Assembly: GCA_030390025.1 (NCBI GenBank)
Contig: CM059425.1
Coordinates: 260,400,001 to 260,464,000 of the forward strand
DNA from: Squalus acanthias
Taxonomy: Eukaryota
DNA length: 64,000 nt
Direction: 5' to 3'
Shown: in pieces, positions 36,087 to 48,363 of the stretch
Position numbering within the stretch: the first letter of the stretch is position 1
Layout: each line of letters begins with the position of its first letter
Notes under the pieces: model-generated
What the model saw: only the letters and a program-made list of their open reading frames with translations
Database searches by the model: none
What the model was told of the DNA's origin: nothing
Program-made: the position numbers and the translations under genes

Positions 36087-39000
36087 AAGAACATAAGCAA
36101 TAGGAGCAGGAATAGGCCTCTTGGCCCCTCGAGCCTGCTCCGCCATTCATTAAGATCATGGCTGATCTTGGGCTCAAAGCAACTTCACTGCCCGCTCCCC
36201 ATAACCCTTCACTCCCTTATCTTGCAAAAATCTGTCTATCTGCACCTTAAATGCATTTAATGACCCAGCCTCCACGGCTCTCTGGGGCAGAGAATTCCAC
36301 AGATTTACGACCCTCTGAGAGAAGAAATTCCTCCTCATCTCAGTTCTAAAAGGGCGACCCTTTATTCTGAAACTATGACCCCAAGTTCTAGATTTCCCCA
36401 CGAGGGGAAATATCCTCCCTGCTTCTACCTTGTCGAGCCCCCTCAGTATCTTATATATTTCAATAAGATCACCTCTCATTCTTCTAAATTCCAATGAGTA
36501 TAAGCCCAGCCTGCTCAACCTTTCTTCATAAGTCAACCCCCTCATTTCAGGAATCAACCTAGTGAATCGTCTCTGAACTGCCTCCAATGCAAGTATATCC
36601 TTCCTTAAATAAGGAGACCAAAATTGTACGCAGTACTCAAGGTGTGGTCTCACCAATACCCTGTACAGTTGTAGCAGGACTTCCCTGCTTTTATACTCCA
36701 TCCCCCTTGCAATAAAGGCCAACATTCCATTTGCCTTTTTGATTACTTGCTGTACCTGCATGCTAACTTTTGTGTTTCATGCACAATGACGCCCAGGTCC
36801 CTCTGAACTGTAGCATTTTGTTCTCTCTCCATTTAAATAATAATTTGCTTTTTTATTTTTCCTGCCAAAGTGGATAACTTTGCACTTTCCCACATTATAC
36901 TCCATCTGCCAAATGTTTGCCCACTCACCTAGCCTGTCTATATCCCTTTGCAGATTCTTTGAGTCCTCTACACAACTTGCTTTCCCACCCATCTTTGTAT
37001 CATCCGCAAACTTGGCTTCATTACACTCGGTTCCTTCATCCAAGTTATTAATATAGATTGTAAATAGTTGAGGCCCCAGCACTGATCCCTGTGGCACCCC
37101 ACTAGTTACTGTTTGCCAATCGGAAAATGACCCATTTATCCCGACTCTCTGCTTTCTGTTAGTTAGCCAATTCTCTATCCATGCTAATATATTACCCCCA
37201 ACTAATTGAGCTCTTATCTTATGCAGTAACCTTTTATGTGGCACCTTATCGAATGCCTTCTGGAAATCCAAATACACCACATCCACTGGCTCACCCTTAT
37301 CCAACCTGCTCGTTACATCTTCAAAGAACTCCAACAATTTTGTTAAACATGATTTCCCTTTCATAAAACCCTGATGACTCTGCTCGACTGCATTATGATT
37401 TTCCAAATGCCCTGCTGCTGCTTCCTTAATGAAGGACTCAAGCATTTTCCCAACGACAGATGTTAGGCTAACTGGTCTATAATTTCCTGCTTTCTGTCTC
37501 CCTCCTTTCTTAAATAGGGGTGTTACATTTGCGGTTTTCCAATCCGCTGGGACCTCTCCAGAGTCCAGGGAATTTTGGTATATTGCAACCAATGCATCCA
37601 CTATCTCTGCAGCCACTTCTTTTAAGACGCTGGAATGCAGGCCAGGGAACTTGTCGTCTTTTAGTCCCATTATTTTACCAAGTACTTTTCCTTAGTGATA
37701 GTGATTGTCTTTAGTTCCCCCCTCCCTGTGGCCCCTTGATTATCCATTATTGGATGTTGTTAGTGTCTTCTACCGTGAAGACAGATACAAAATATTTGTT
37801 CAGAGTCTCTGCCATTTCCCCGTTCCCTATTATTAATTCCCCATTCTCATCCGCTAAGGGTCCAACGTTTACTTTAGCTACTCTCTTCCTTTTTATATAC
37901 CTGTAGAAGCTCTTACTTTCTGTGTTAATATTTCTTGCCAGTTTACTTTCATCATTCATCTTCTCTCTCTTTATTATTTTTTTTGTCATCCTTTGCTGGT
38001 TTTTAAAAATTTCCCAATCCTCTGGCCTCCCACCAATCTTGGCAAAATTGTATGCCTTCGTTTTCAATTTAATACCATCTTTACTTCCTTAGTTAGCCAC
38101 GGATAGTGCTCCCTTCTCTTAAAATCTTTCTTTCTCACTGGAATATATTTTTGTTGAGAGTTATGAAATATCTCCTTAAATGTCCACCACTGCATTTCAA
38201 CTGTCTTACCTTTTAATTCATTTTTCCAGTCCACTTTAGCCAGTTTTGCCCTCATGCCACTGTAATTGCCTTTGTTTAAGATCAGGACACTGGTTTGAGA
38301 TACAACTTTCTCACCCTCCAACTGAATTTGAAATTCAACCATGTTATGATCACTCTTTCCTAGAGGATCCTTTACTATCATTTATTAATTCTGTCTCTTT
38401 ACACAGTACCAGATCCAAGATAGCCTGCTCCCTGGTTGGTTCCATTACATACTGTTTTAGGAAACCATCCCGGATACACTCTATGAACTCCTCCTCAAGG
38501 CTACCATGGCCAATTTGAATTGTCCAATCAATATGGAGATTAAAATCACCCATGATTATTACCGTACCTTTTTTATAGGCCTCCATTATTTGTTGATTTA
38601 TACTCTGTTGAAGAGATCGCAAAGTCTCTGTTTGAAGAATGGACTCAGTCGAGAATATTTTGTGGACCTTATGGGATTTTTCTGAGGGTATTTTCCCTGC
38701 GATGGGATCACCCTGTGCAGATATGTGAAAAACTGGCTTGTTAAAACTCCAGAGAACGCATGGCAGTTGGCTGTGACAAAAGAACTGTCAGTCATCCAGA
38801 ATATGCAAAAGCACTTCTCACCTCCATCTCAGAAGAGAAGCAGAACAATGAACCCACTGGCCTAGCCAGCCGGAGAGGAGCCAGTTTTTTCCCAACACAA
38901 AGACCAAAATATGTCCCAGACTTAGGGCCATTAGTCCAATCACGGAGTACACATGGGTCTGATGATGACCCATCACTGATTAAGCACTGGAGTGCTTAGA

Positions 39001-40420
39001 AACAAAAGGATTTTAAAGATTGGCGGGAAAGATAGGGGTAGCAAGACTGCTATAAAGATTGACCCTTTCCCACCATTCTCTCTCTCTCTCACTCTCGCCC
39101 CACCAAGATCGACCTACCAAGAAGACGAGAGGAAGAAGCAGCTAAGCGGAGCGATCGAGACCGACTGCGTGTGGGGGTAAGCATGGTCTCGAGTGTCCCA
39201 AGCCGGTAAACCAGATGTCCCAGGCGAGCTGGGTGAGGTGTAAGGGGCTCAGGGTTTTTCTCAGAAGTGAAGCTTTTGGGCTATTCCGAGGGTGGGAGCT
39301 TCGTTTGGTTCAGCCAGGTGAAGGGGCTTATGCGACTGGGTAATTCGTTGGTAGGGGTGGAATTAGAGTCCACCATAGCAACAAGGGAATTACTGCTTGT
39401 CATAGTCTTCAGTTGTGTACTGTATGTATGTTGTTTGTAACCTGGATTTTATTCTCCACAGAGACAGTGATTTCGTTTAGTAGTGCATGTTTTAGCCAGT
39501 GTATGTTAGACCAAATAAATATAAGTTTGATTTTTCGCCGCAGCATTCCTGTCCGTGACTTATTTCATTTACACTCTGAATAATAATTCCCGGGAATAGA
39601 ACTTTCGTAAGGCGGGGGCGATTCGAACCGTCCGTCTAGCAATGGGGCTAGGATCAAAAACCGCTTACACTGTCCAACAGTATTGCTACTCTTCGGGGGT
39701 CAGTAGACTACGCCCACCAGGGACTTTTTCCCCTTATTATTTTTTATCTCCACCCAAACCAATTCTACATCTTGATCTTTTGAGCCAATATCACTTCTCA
39801 CCACTGCAGTGTTCCCATCCTTTACCAACAAAGCCACCCCACCTCCTTTTCCTTTCTGTCTATCCTTCCGAATTGTCAAATACCCTGGAATATTCAGTTC
39901 CAGCCCTGGTCACCTTGCAACCACGTCTCTGTAATGGCAATCAGATCATACCCCTCCAAGTCACACACCATCCTGACTTAGAAGTATATCGTCAATCCTT
40001 CATCGTCGCTGGGTCAAAATCCTGAAATTCCTCCCTAACAGCACTGTGGGAGTACCTTCAACACATGGACTGCAGCAGTTCAAGAAGGCGGCTCACCACC
40101 ACCTTCTCAAGGGCAACTCGGGATGGGCAATAAATGCTGGCCTTGCCAGCGATGCCCACATCCCATAAGTGAATTTAAAAATAATACCTATTTGTATCTA
40201 TTTGTGCCGTCAACTCATCTATCTTGTTACGAATGCTGCGTGCATTCAGATATAGAGCTTTTAACTTTGTTTTTTTACCATTCCGCCTTGTTTTGGATCC
40301 ATTTTCTGTTACACTCTTATTTTTAAACATTCTGTCCCTTCCTGTCACACTCTGGTTATTATTTCCCCCATCTCTATCCTGCTCTATTGTTTTCTCATTT
40401 CTCATTGACTTTTTAAAATG
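36087..40420 (-). mobile_element. Degenerate CR1 ORF2 at the B/C unit junction (paralogous remnant at 4581-5223)
   Basis: RT ORFs 36174..38067; APE 38064..38622 and 39670-40426 (LYLNARSIRNK); contains a solo LTR and a short LINE 3' fragment. Confidence 0.9.
38609..39669 (+). mobile_element. Solo LTR (family 2) inserted in CR1
   Basis: TG...CA ends; perfect TSD ctgt at 38605-38608 and 39670-39673; TATAA at about 39051; AATAAA at about 39514. Confidence 0.88.
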
Positions 40421-41025
40421 AGTCAAGTATTCAATTTAATCCAGCACATCCAGGCTGAATTCATTGTTCTCATTTACTTAACAATACAACAAACCGAATG
40501 AGACAAAGCAGGACTTCCTTAAATTGGTGTATGGGAGGGGTGCAGCGACACAGAGTACAGGGGGAGGGTGCGCTGGGGAACCAGGCGAGAGTCACAGTCC
40601 CATTCTCGGTTCCTGAACCATTACAACCACCTCTCTCTCTGCTGATTCCAACCCTGCAACCCCCATTCCACATTCCTTCCCACCATCTTTCCACCACTCA
40701 CATTTCTGCTTCTCACTGAGCAGCTCATCCTCAGTTTTGAGACGGTCCCTTTCTACAAACTTTAAGAGCTTCTGAGCAAGTTTCTGCTGCTGCTTGTTGC
40801 TCAACAATCTTATCTTTAAGTTCCTGGATTTCACTCTCCATTGCTTGCACCTCTAACTGTTTCTGTATCAGCTTCTCGTTCTTTGCTCTTTCCTTTTAGT
40901 TCTTTCAGAGTCTTCTCGTCCTGTTTGTTTCATTTCTTTTACTCTCCTTTCTGAGACCCCCAAACAGCCTGGGTTACAACCTTAGCCCCTGCGAGCAATC
41001 CTTGTACCGTAACCTCGGTCCAGGC
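39781..41025. repeat. Truncated third duplication unit (no gene visible)
   Basis: Near-identical to 4581-5830; similarity ends at about 41025. Confidence 0.85.
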
Positions 41026-41138
41026 ACTATCCCCAAACCCCTTGATTCCCTTAAGAATCATAGAATCGTTACAGCACAGTAGGAGGCCATTCAGCCCGTC
41101 GAGCCCGTGCCGGCTCTCTGCAAGATGAAAAGATGCAA

Positions 41139-41640
41139 GGGCAACACGGTGGCATAGTGGTTAGCACTGGTGCCTCACAGCGCCAGAGACCCGGGTTCGA
41201 ATCTGCGATGAAAAGATGCAAGGGCACACCGGTGGGCATAGTGGTTAGCACTGGTGCCTCACAGCGCCAGAGACCCGGGTTCGATTGAACCTGGGGACGT
41301 CTGTGTGGAGTTGTGTACATTCTCCCCGTGTCTGCGTGGTTTTCTCCGGGTGCTCCGGTTTCCTCCCACAGTCCAAAAATGTGTGGGTTTGGTTGATTTG
41401 GCTATGGTAAATTGACCCTTAGTGTTAGGGGGGAGTAAAATATGTGGGGTATGGGGATGGATGGGATATGTTAGGGGAATTAAATACGTGGGGTTACGAG
41501 GTAGGGTGGGATATATGTAATGTGGGATTAAAGCAGGGACAGGGTATGGATTTGGATGATCAGCATGATCGTATTAAATGGCGGGAGCAGGCTCGACGGA
41601 GCCGAATGGCCTCTCCTGCTCCTAAGATTTATGTTTCTAT
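41139..41640 (+). mobile_element. V-SINE with a duplicated tRNA-like head and a CR1 tail
   Basis: Head repeated at 41124-41200 and 41207-41284; V-domain; tail matches the CR1 3' end at 43340-43450. Confidence 0.85.
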
Positions 41641-41719
41641 CCCAGCTATTAAGCAACAAAGCAAAAGTGGAAATAGCAGAGACCCTGAACTCATTTTTCA
41701 AAGCAATGCAGACAATTAA

Positions 41720-43455
41720 TACATACTTTGGTTTTGTCTTCACAAAGGAGGACACAAATACCCTCCTCCCAGTGATGTCAGGGCGAACCTAGGGTAGCCT
41801 AATGAGGGAGGAACTGAATGAAATCGTCTTGTGGGAAATGGTGTTAGGAAAATGAACGGGATTGAAGGCCGGTAAATCCCCGGGCCTGATAACTACATCC
41901 AGGTTACTTAGGGAAGTGGCCCTAGAAATAGTAGATGCATAGCTGGTCATCTTCCAAAATTCTATAGACTCTGGAACAGTTCCCAAGGATTGGAGGGTAG
42001 CTAATGTAACCCCACAATTTAAAAAAAGTGGTAGAGAAAAAATGGGGAATTATAGACTGGTAAGCCTGACATCGGTAGTGGGGAAAATACTAGAGTCCAT
42101 TATAAAAGATGTAATAGCTGAGCACTTGGAAAACAGTGACAGGATCGGACAAAGTCAACATGGATTTACAAAAGGGAAATCATGCTTGACTAATCTACTG
42201 GAATTTTTTGAGGATGTAACTGGTAGAATAGATAAGGGAGAACCAGTGGATGTGGTGTATTTGGACTTTCAGAAGGCTTTCGATAAGGTCCCGCAGAAGA
42301 GATTAGCGTGCAAACTTGAAGCACATGGGATTGGGGGTAAGGTACTGATTTGGATAGAGAACTGGTTGGCAGACAGGAAGCAAAGAGTTGGAATAAACGG
42401 GTCTTTTTCCGAGTGGCAGGCAATGACTAGTGGGGTACCGCAGGGATCGGTGCTAGGACCCCAGTTATTCACAATATATATTAATGATCTAGACGAGGGA
42501 ACTAAATGTAATATCTCCAAGTTTGCAGACGACACAAAGCTGGGTGAGTGTGTGTGCTGCGAGGAGGATGCAGAGAAACTCCAGTATGATTTGGACAGGT
42601 TGGGTGATTGGGCAGATGCATGGCAGATGCATTATAATGTGGATAAATGCGAGGTTATCCACTTTGGTGGCAAAAACAGGAAGACAGATTATTATCTGAA
42701 CAGCAATAGATTGGGAAAAGGGGAAGTGCAACGAGATCTGGGAGTCCTTGTGCACCAGTCGCTGAAGGTAAGCATGCAGGTGCAGCAGGCGGTTAAGAAG
42801 GCAAATGGTATGTTGACCTTCATAGCGAGAGGATTCGAGTACTGGAGCAAGGATGTCTTGCTGCAGTTGTACAAGGCCTTGGTGAGACCACACCTTGAGT
42901 ATTGTGTGCAGTATTGGTCGCCTTATCTGAGGAAGGATGTTCTTGCCATGGAGGGAGTGCAGCGAAGATTTACCAGATTGATACCTGGGATGGCAGGAAT
43001 GACGTATGAAGAGAGATTGGGTCGATTAGGCTTATATTCGCTAGAGTTTAGAAGAATGAGAGGGGATCTCATTGAAACTTATAAAATTCTAACAGGACTA
43101 GACAGACTAGATGCAGGAAGGATGTTCCCGATGGTGGGGGATTCCAGAACCAGAGGTCACAGTCTAAGGATAAGGGGTAAGCCATTTAGGACTGAGATGA
43201 GGAGGAATTTCTTCACCCAGAGAGTGGTGAACCTGTGGAATTCTCTACCACAGAAGGCAGTTGAGACCAATTCATTAAATATATTCAAGAAGGAGATAGA
43301 TATATTTCTTAAGGCTAAAGGGATCAAGGGATATGGGGAGAAAGCAGGGACAGGGTACTGAATTTGGATGATCAGCCATGATCTCATTAAATGGCGGAGC
43401 AGGCTCGAGGGGCGAAATGGCCTACTCCTGCTCCTATCTTCTATGCTTCTATGCT
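41720..43455 (+). mobile_element. 5'-truncated CR1 (RT)
   Basis: ORF 42042..43361 with FADD; 3' stem-loop and microsatellite tail. Confidence 0.92.
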
Positions 43456-43459
43456 TCTA

Positions 43460-44635
43460 GGCTCTCTGGCTTCAGGTGTGGTGCTGGAGGACTGGAGGAC
43501 TGCTAATGTGGTACTCTTGTTTAAAAATGGAGAGAAGATAGACCGAGTAATTACAGGCCAGTCAGCCTAACCTCGCTGGTGGGAAAATTATTGGAAAGAA
43601 TTCTGAAGGACAGGGTAAATCTTCATTTAGAAAGACACGGATTAATCAAGGATAGTCAGCACAGATTTGCTAAGGGAAGGTCATGTCTGACAAACTTGGT
43701 TGAATTTTTTGAGGAGGTAACAAGGAGGGTAGATGAGGGTAGTGCATTTGATGTAGTGTATAAAGACCTTAGCATGGCTTTTGATAAGGTTCCACATGGC
43801 AGACTGGTCACGAAGTTAAAAGCCCATGGGATCCAGGGCAAAGTGTCAAGTTGGATTCAAAACTGGCTCGGAGACAGGAAGTAGAGGGTAATGGTTGATG
43901 GGTGTTTTTGTGACTGGAAGGCTGTTTCCAGTGGGGTTCCGCAGGGCTCAGTACTAGGTCCCTTGCTTTTTGTGGTATATATCAATGATCTAGATTTGAA
44001 TATAAGGGGTATGATTAAGAAGTTTGCAGATGATACTAAAACCGGCTGTGTGGTTTATACTGAAGAAGGAAGCTGTAGACTGCAGGAAGATATCAATAAA
44101 TTGGTCAGGTGGGCAGAACAGTGGCAAACGGAATTCAATCCGGAGAGGTGTGAGGTAACGTATTTGGGGAAGGCTAACAAGGAAAGGGAATACACATTAA
44201 ATGGTAGGACACTGAGTAGTGCAGAGGAACAAAGGGACCTTGGAGTGCATGAGGGGAGACCTTATTGAGGTTTATAAAATTATGAGGGGTATAGATAAAG
44301 TGGATAGAAAGACCTGTTTCCCTTAGCAGAGGGGTCAAAAACCATCGGCACAGATTTAAAGTAATTGGTGGAAGGTTTAGATGGGATGTGAGGGGAAATT
44401 TCACCCAGAGGGCTGTGGGGGTCTGGAACTCACTGCCTGAAAGGGTGGTAGAGGCAGGAACCCGAACCACATTTAAAAATTACTTGGATGTGCACTTGGG
44501 ATGCTCTAACCTGCAGGGCTACGGACCAAGAGCTGGGAAGTGAAATTAGGCTGGATAGCTCTTTGTTGGCCGTCGCGGACACGATGAGCCGAAATGGCCT
44601 CTTCCGTGCTGTAACTTTCTATGATTCTATGATTC
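43460..44635 (+). mobile_element. Degenerate CR1 RT fragment
   Basis: ORFs 43579..44268; attctatg tail. Confidence 0.85.
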
Positions 44636-44639
44636 AGCT

Positions 44640-45420
44640 AGTCCCACTCCCCCGCCCTTTCCCCGGTAACCCTGCAAATTTTTTTCCTTCATACTTATCC
44701 AATTCCCTTTTGAAAGCCATGATTCAGTCTGCCTCCACCACCCTTTCAGGCAGTGCATTCCAGATCCTAACCTCTCACTGCGTAAAAAAGATTTTCCTCA
44801 TGTCACCTTTGCATCTGCTGCCAATCACCTTAAATCTGTGCCCTCTGGTTCTCGACCCATCTGCCAATGGGAACAGTTTCTCTCTATCTTCACTGTCCAG
44901 ACCCCTCATGATTTTGAACACCTCTATCAAATCTCCTCTCAAACTTCTCTGCTCTAAGGAGAACAACCTCAGCTTCTCCAGTCTATCCACGTAACTGAAG
45001 TCCCTCATAAAAACATAAGAACATGAGAAATAGGAGCTGGAGTAGGCCATTTGGCCCCTCGAGCCTGCTTCGCCATTCAGTAAGATCATGGCTGATCTTC
45101 TACCTCATCTTCACTTTGCTGAACTATCCCCATATCCCTTGATTCCCTTAATATCCAAAAATCTATCAATCTCTGTCTTGAATATACTCAACGACTGAGC
45201 CTCCACAGCCCTCTGGGGTAGATAATTCCATAGATTCACCACCCTCTGAGTGAAGAAATTTCTCCTCATCTCAGTCGTAAATGGCCGACCCCTTATTCTG
45301 AGTCTGTGACCCCTGGTTCTAGACTCCTCACCCAGGGGAAACACCTTCCCTGCATCTATCCTGTCAAGCCCTGTAAGAATTTTGAATGTTTCAATGAGAT
45401 CACCTCTCATTCTTCTAAAC
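44640..45420 (-). mobile_element. Two adjacent CR1 3' fragments
   Basis: ORFs 44775..45089 and 45111..45536 (RGDLIE..SRTRGH). Confidence 0.8.
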
Positions 45421-45449
45421 CTTCGTTGCAATCCCTGCATGCTATGTGA

Positions 45450-46240
45450 ACGGTAGCATAGTGGTAATGTCACTGGTCTAGTAATCCAGAAAACCTGGAC
45501 TAATGATCCAGAGACTGTGAGTTCAGATCCCACCACGGCAACTGGGGAATTTAAATTCAGTTAATTAAATAAATCTGGAATAAAAAGCTAGTAACAATAA
45601 TGGTAACCATGAAACTATCGGAATGTCATAAAAACCCATTTGGTTCACTAATGTCCTTCAGGGAAGGAAATCTGCCGTCCTTACCCGGTCTGGCCTATAT
45701 GTGACTCAGACCCACAGCAATGTGGTTGACTCTTAACTACCCTCTGAAATCGCCTAGAAAGCCACTCAGTTATAACTAACCGCAATGAAACACAATAATA
45801 AAAATGAAAACGGATGGACCACCTGACATCGACCTCAGCACCAGTTACGGACACGGCAACGGCACACCCAGCCCAGTCGACCCTGCAGAGTCCTCTGTAC
45901 CAACATCTGGGGACTTGAGCCAAAATTGGTAAAGCTGCCCCACAGACTAGTCAAGCAACAGCCTGACATAGTCATACTCACAGAATCATACCTTTCAGCC
46001 AATGTCCCAAACTCCTCCATCACCATCCCTGGGTATGTCCTGTCCCACCGGCAGGACAAACCCACCAGGGGTATACAGTGGGGAAGGAGTGGCCCTGGGA
46101 GTCCTCAACATTGACTCTGGACTCCATGAAATCACCTGGCTTCAGGCCAGGAATCCTCCTGCTGATTCCCACTGACTGCCCTCAGTACTGCTCCATGTTC
46201 AACACCATTTGGAAGAAGCACTGAGAGCAACAAGGGCACA
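45450..46240 (+). mobile_element. tRNA-like SINE-type head followed by a LINE APE-endonuclease remnant
   Basis: gtagcatagtggt..gagttcagatccc boxes; LVKQQPDIVILTESYL..IPGY..RQD in ORF 45926..46114. Confidence 0.6.
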
Positions 46241-46244
46241 GAAT

Positions 46245-47050
46245 GTACTGAGGGAGTGCTGCACTGTCGGAGGGGCAGTACTGAGGGAGTGCTGCACTGT
46301 CGGAGGGGCAGTACTGAGGGAGCGCTGCACTGTTGGAGGGGCAGTACTGAGGGAGTGCTGCACTGTTGGAGGGGCTGTACTGAGGGAGTGCTGCACTGTC
46401 GGAGGGACAGTACTGAGGGAGCGCTGCACTGTCGGAGGGACAGTACTGAGGGAGCGCCACACTGTCGGAGGGGCGGTACTGAGGGAGCGCTGCACTGTTG
46501 GAGAGGCAGTACTGAGAGAGCGCTGCACTGTGGGAGGGGCTGAACTGTGGGAGTGCTGCACTGTGGGAGGGGCAGTACTGAGGAAGCGCTGCACTGTCGG
46601 AGGGACAGTACTGAGGGGGTGCTGCACTGTTGGAGAGGCAGTACTGAGAGAGCGCTGCACTGTGGGAGGGGCTGCACTGTGGGAGTGCTGCACTGTGGGA
46701 GGGGCAGTACTGAGGAAGCGCTGCACTGTCGGAGGGACAGTACTGAGGGGGTGCTGCACTGTCGGAGGGGCGGTACTGAGGGGGTGCTGCACTGTCGGAG
46801 GGGCGGTACTGAGGGAGCGCCACACTGTCGGAGGGGCGGTACTGAGGGAGCGCTGCACTGTTGGAGGGGCAGTACTGAGAGAGCGCTGCACTGTGGGAGG
46901 GGCTGCACTGTGGGAGGGGCAGTACTGAGGAAGCGCTGCACTGTCGGAGGGACAGTACTGATGGGGTGCTGCACTGTCGGAGGGGCGGTACTGAGGAAGC
47001 CCTGCACTGTCGGAGGGGCAGTACTGAGGGAGCGCTGCACTGTCGGAGGT
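46245..47050. repeat. About 33-bp minisatellite (about 24 units) expanded from a Deu-SINE
   Basis: gtactgagggagtgctgcactgtcggaggggca repeated; runs directly into the SINE body. Confidence 0.95.
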
Positions 47051-47340
47051 CCTGTTGCGCAGATGAGACGTTAAACTGAGGCTCCGTCTGCCCTATCAGG
47101 TGGACATAAAAGATCCCATGACACTATTTCGAAGAAGAGCAGGGGAGTTATCCCCGGTGTCCTGGCCAATATTTAAACCTCAGTCAACATCACTAAAGAG
47201 CAGATTATTTGGTCATTGCTGTTTGTGGGATCTTGCTGTGCGCAAATTGGCTGCCGCGTTTCCTACATTTCAAAAAGTGCTTCATTGGCTGTAAAGCGCT
47301 TTGGGACGTCCTGAGGTGGTGAAAGGCGCTGGAGAAATGT
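47020..47340 (+). mobile_element. Deu-domain SINE (SacSINE1/AmnSINE1-like); another copy at about 50320-50595 (-)
   Basis: gatgagacgttaaac..aaagatcccatg..gaagaagagcagggga..cctggccaatattt, recognised from memory of the consensus. Confidence 0.65.
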
Positions 47341-48363
47341 AAATTCATTGTTTCTTGCACTGGGACTATTTTGAGTTGCAGCAATTAAAAAGCACAAAAA
47401 TGAAATTACAAACTGATCTGAAGGAAAAGTATTGTCTCCCATTTAAACCCGGTCTGTCCAATCCCCCGTGATCTTGGGCAGGAGGCAGCAGTAAGTTCAG
47501 TGCTGTGCCCTCACCTCAGCCGGTGGGATTAATGCTGAATTCTTTATGACAAGGTCCCAAGAAGACCGACATATTCCGTGGTCTGAGCTCCCCCCCGGTG
47601 TTCTGATGCCAATCTGGAGTTTGGCAACTCAAACCTTTTAACATTTCATTTATTAAACCTGCTCCCAGTTCATTACAGCACAGAAACAGGCCCTTCGGTG
47701 TTTATGCCCCACACCAGCCTCCTCCCACCCCTCTTCATAATCTCACCCTATCAGCACATCCTTCTATTCCTTGCTCCCTCATGTGATTATCTAGCTTCCC
47801 CGAAAATGCATCTTTGCTATTTGCCTGAACTCCTTGTAAAGGGAATTGGGTAAATCCTTGAAGGGGAAACATTTGCAGGGCGATGGGGAAAAGGTAGGGG
47901 AGCGTGGGACTGGCTGGAGAACTCTTTCCAAGAGCCGGCACAGGCACAATGGGCCGAACGGTCTCGTTCTGTGCTGAAAGATTCTATGGTTTGTCTGGTG
48001 GAATGGCTGAAATTCTGATGTAGATTTAACACAGCGGGAAGTGTGATGTCAATGGACTGAAAACCCAAGTCAGGTGCAGCATTTGGAACTGTTACACGGG
48101 CACACTCCACCCGCTCAGTGAGGGACACACAGTCCGGACATTCAACTCTGGAAACAGACTCAAGTCAGTGGAACACGAGTCACTCTCTCACTGCTGTCCT
48201 TGTATGTGTTTCTGTTATCACTCAGGAAGTGTCGGAGAACCTCAAACTCAGAAACCTTTGATCTGCCAAACCACCATCTTTCGGGTTGAGCTAGGTGTCA
48301 ACCTTCAGATACTGGCTCCGTAGAGCTGGTGATAGACTGTCTCTGCAGAATGCACAAATACAG

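Noticed and set aside
46132-47074. Long repetitive ORFs on both strands
   Set aside because: Artefacts of a stop-poor 33-bp minisatellite
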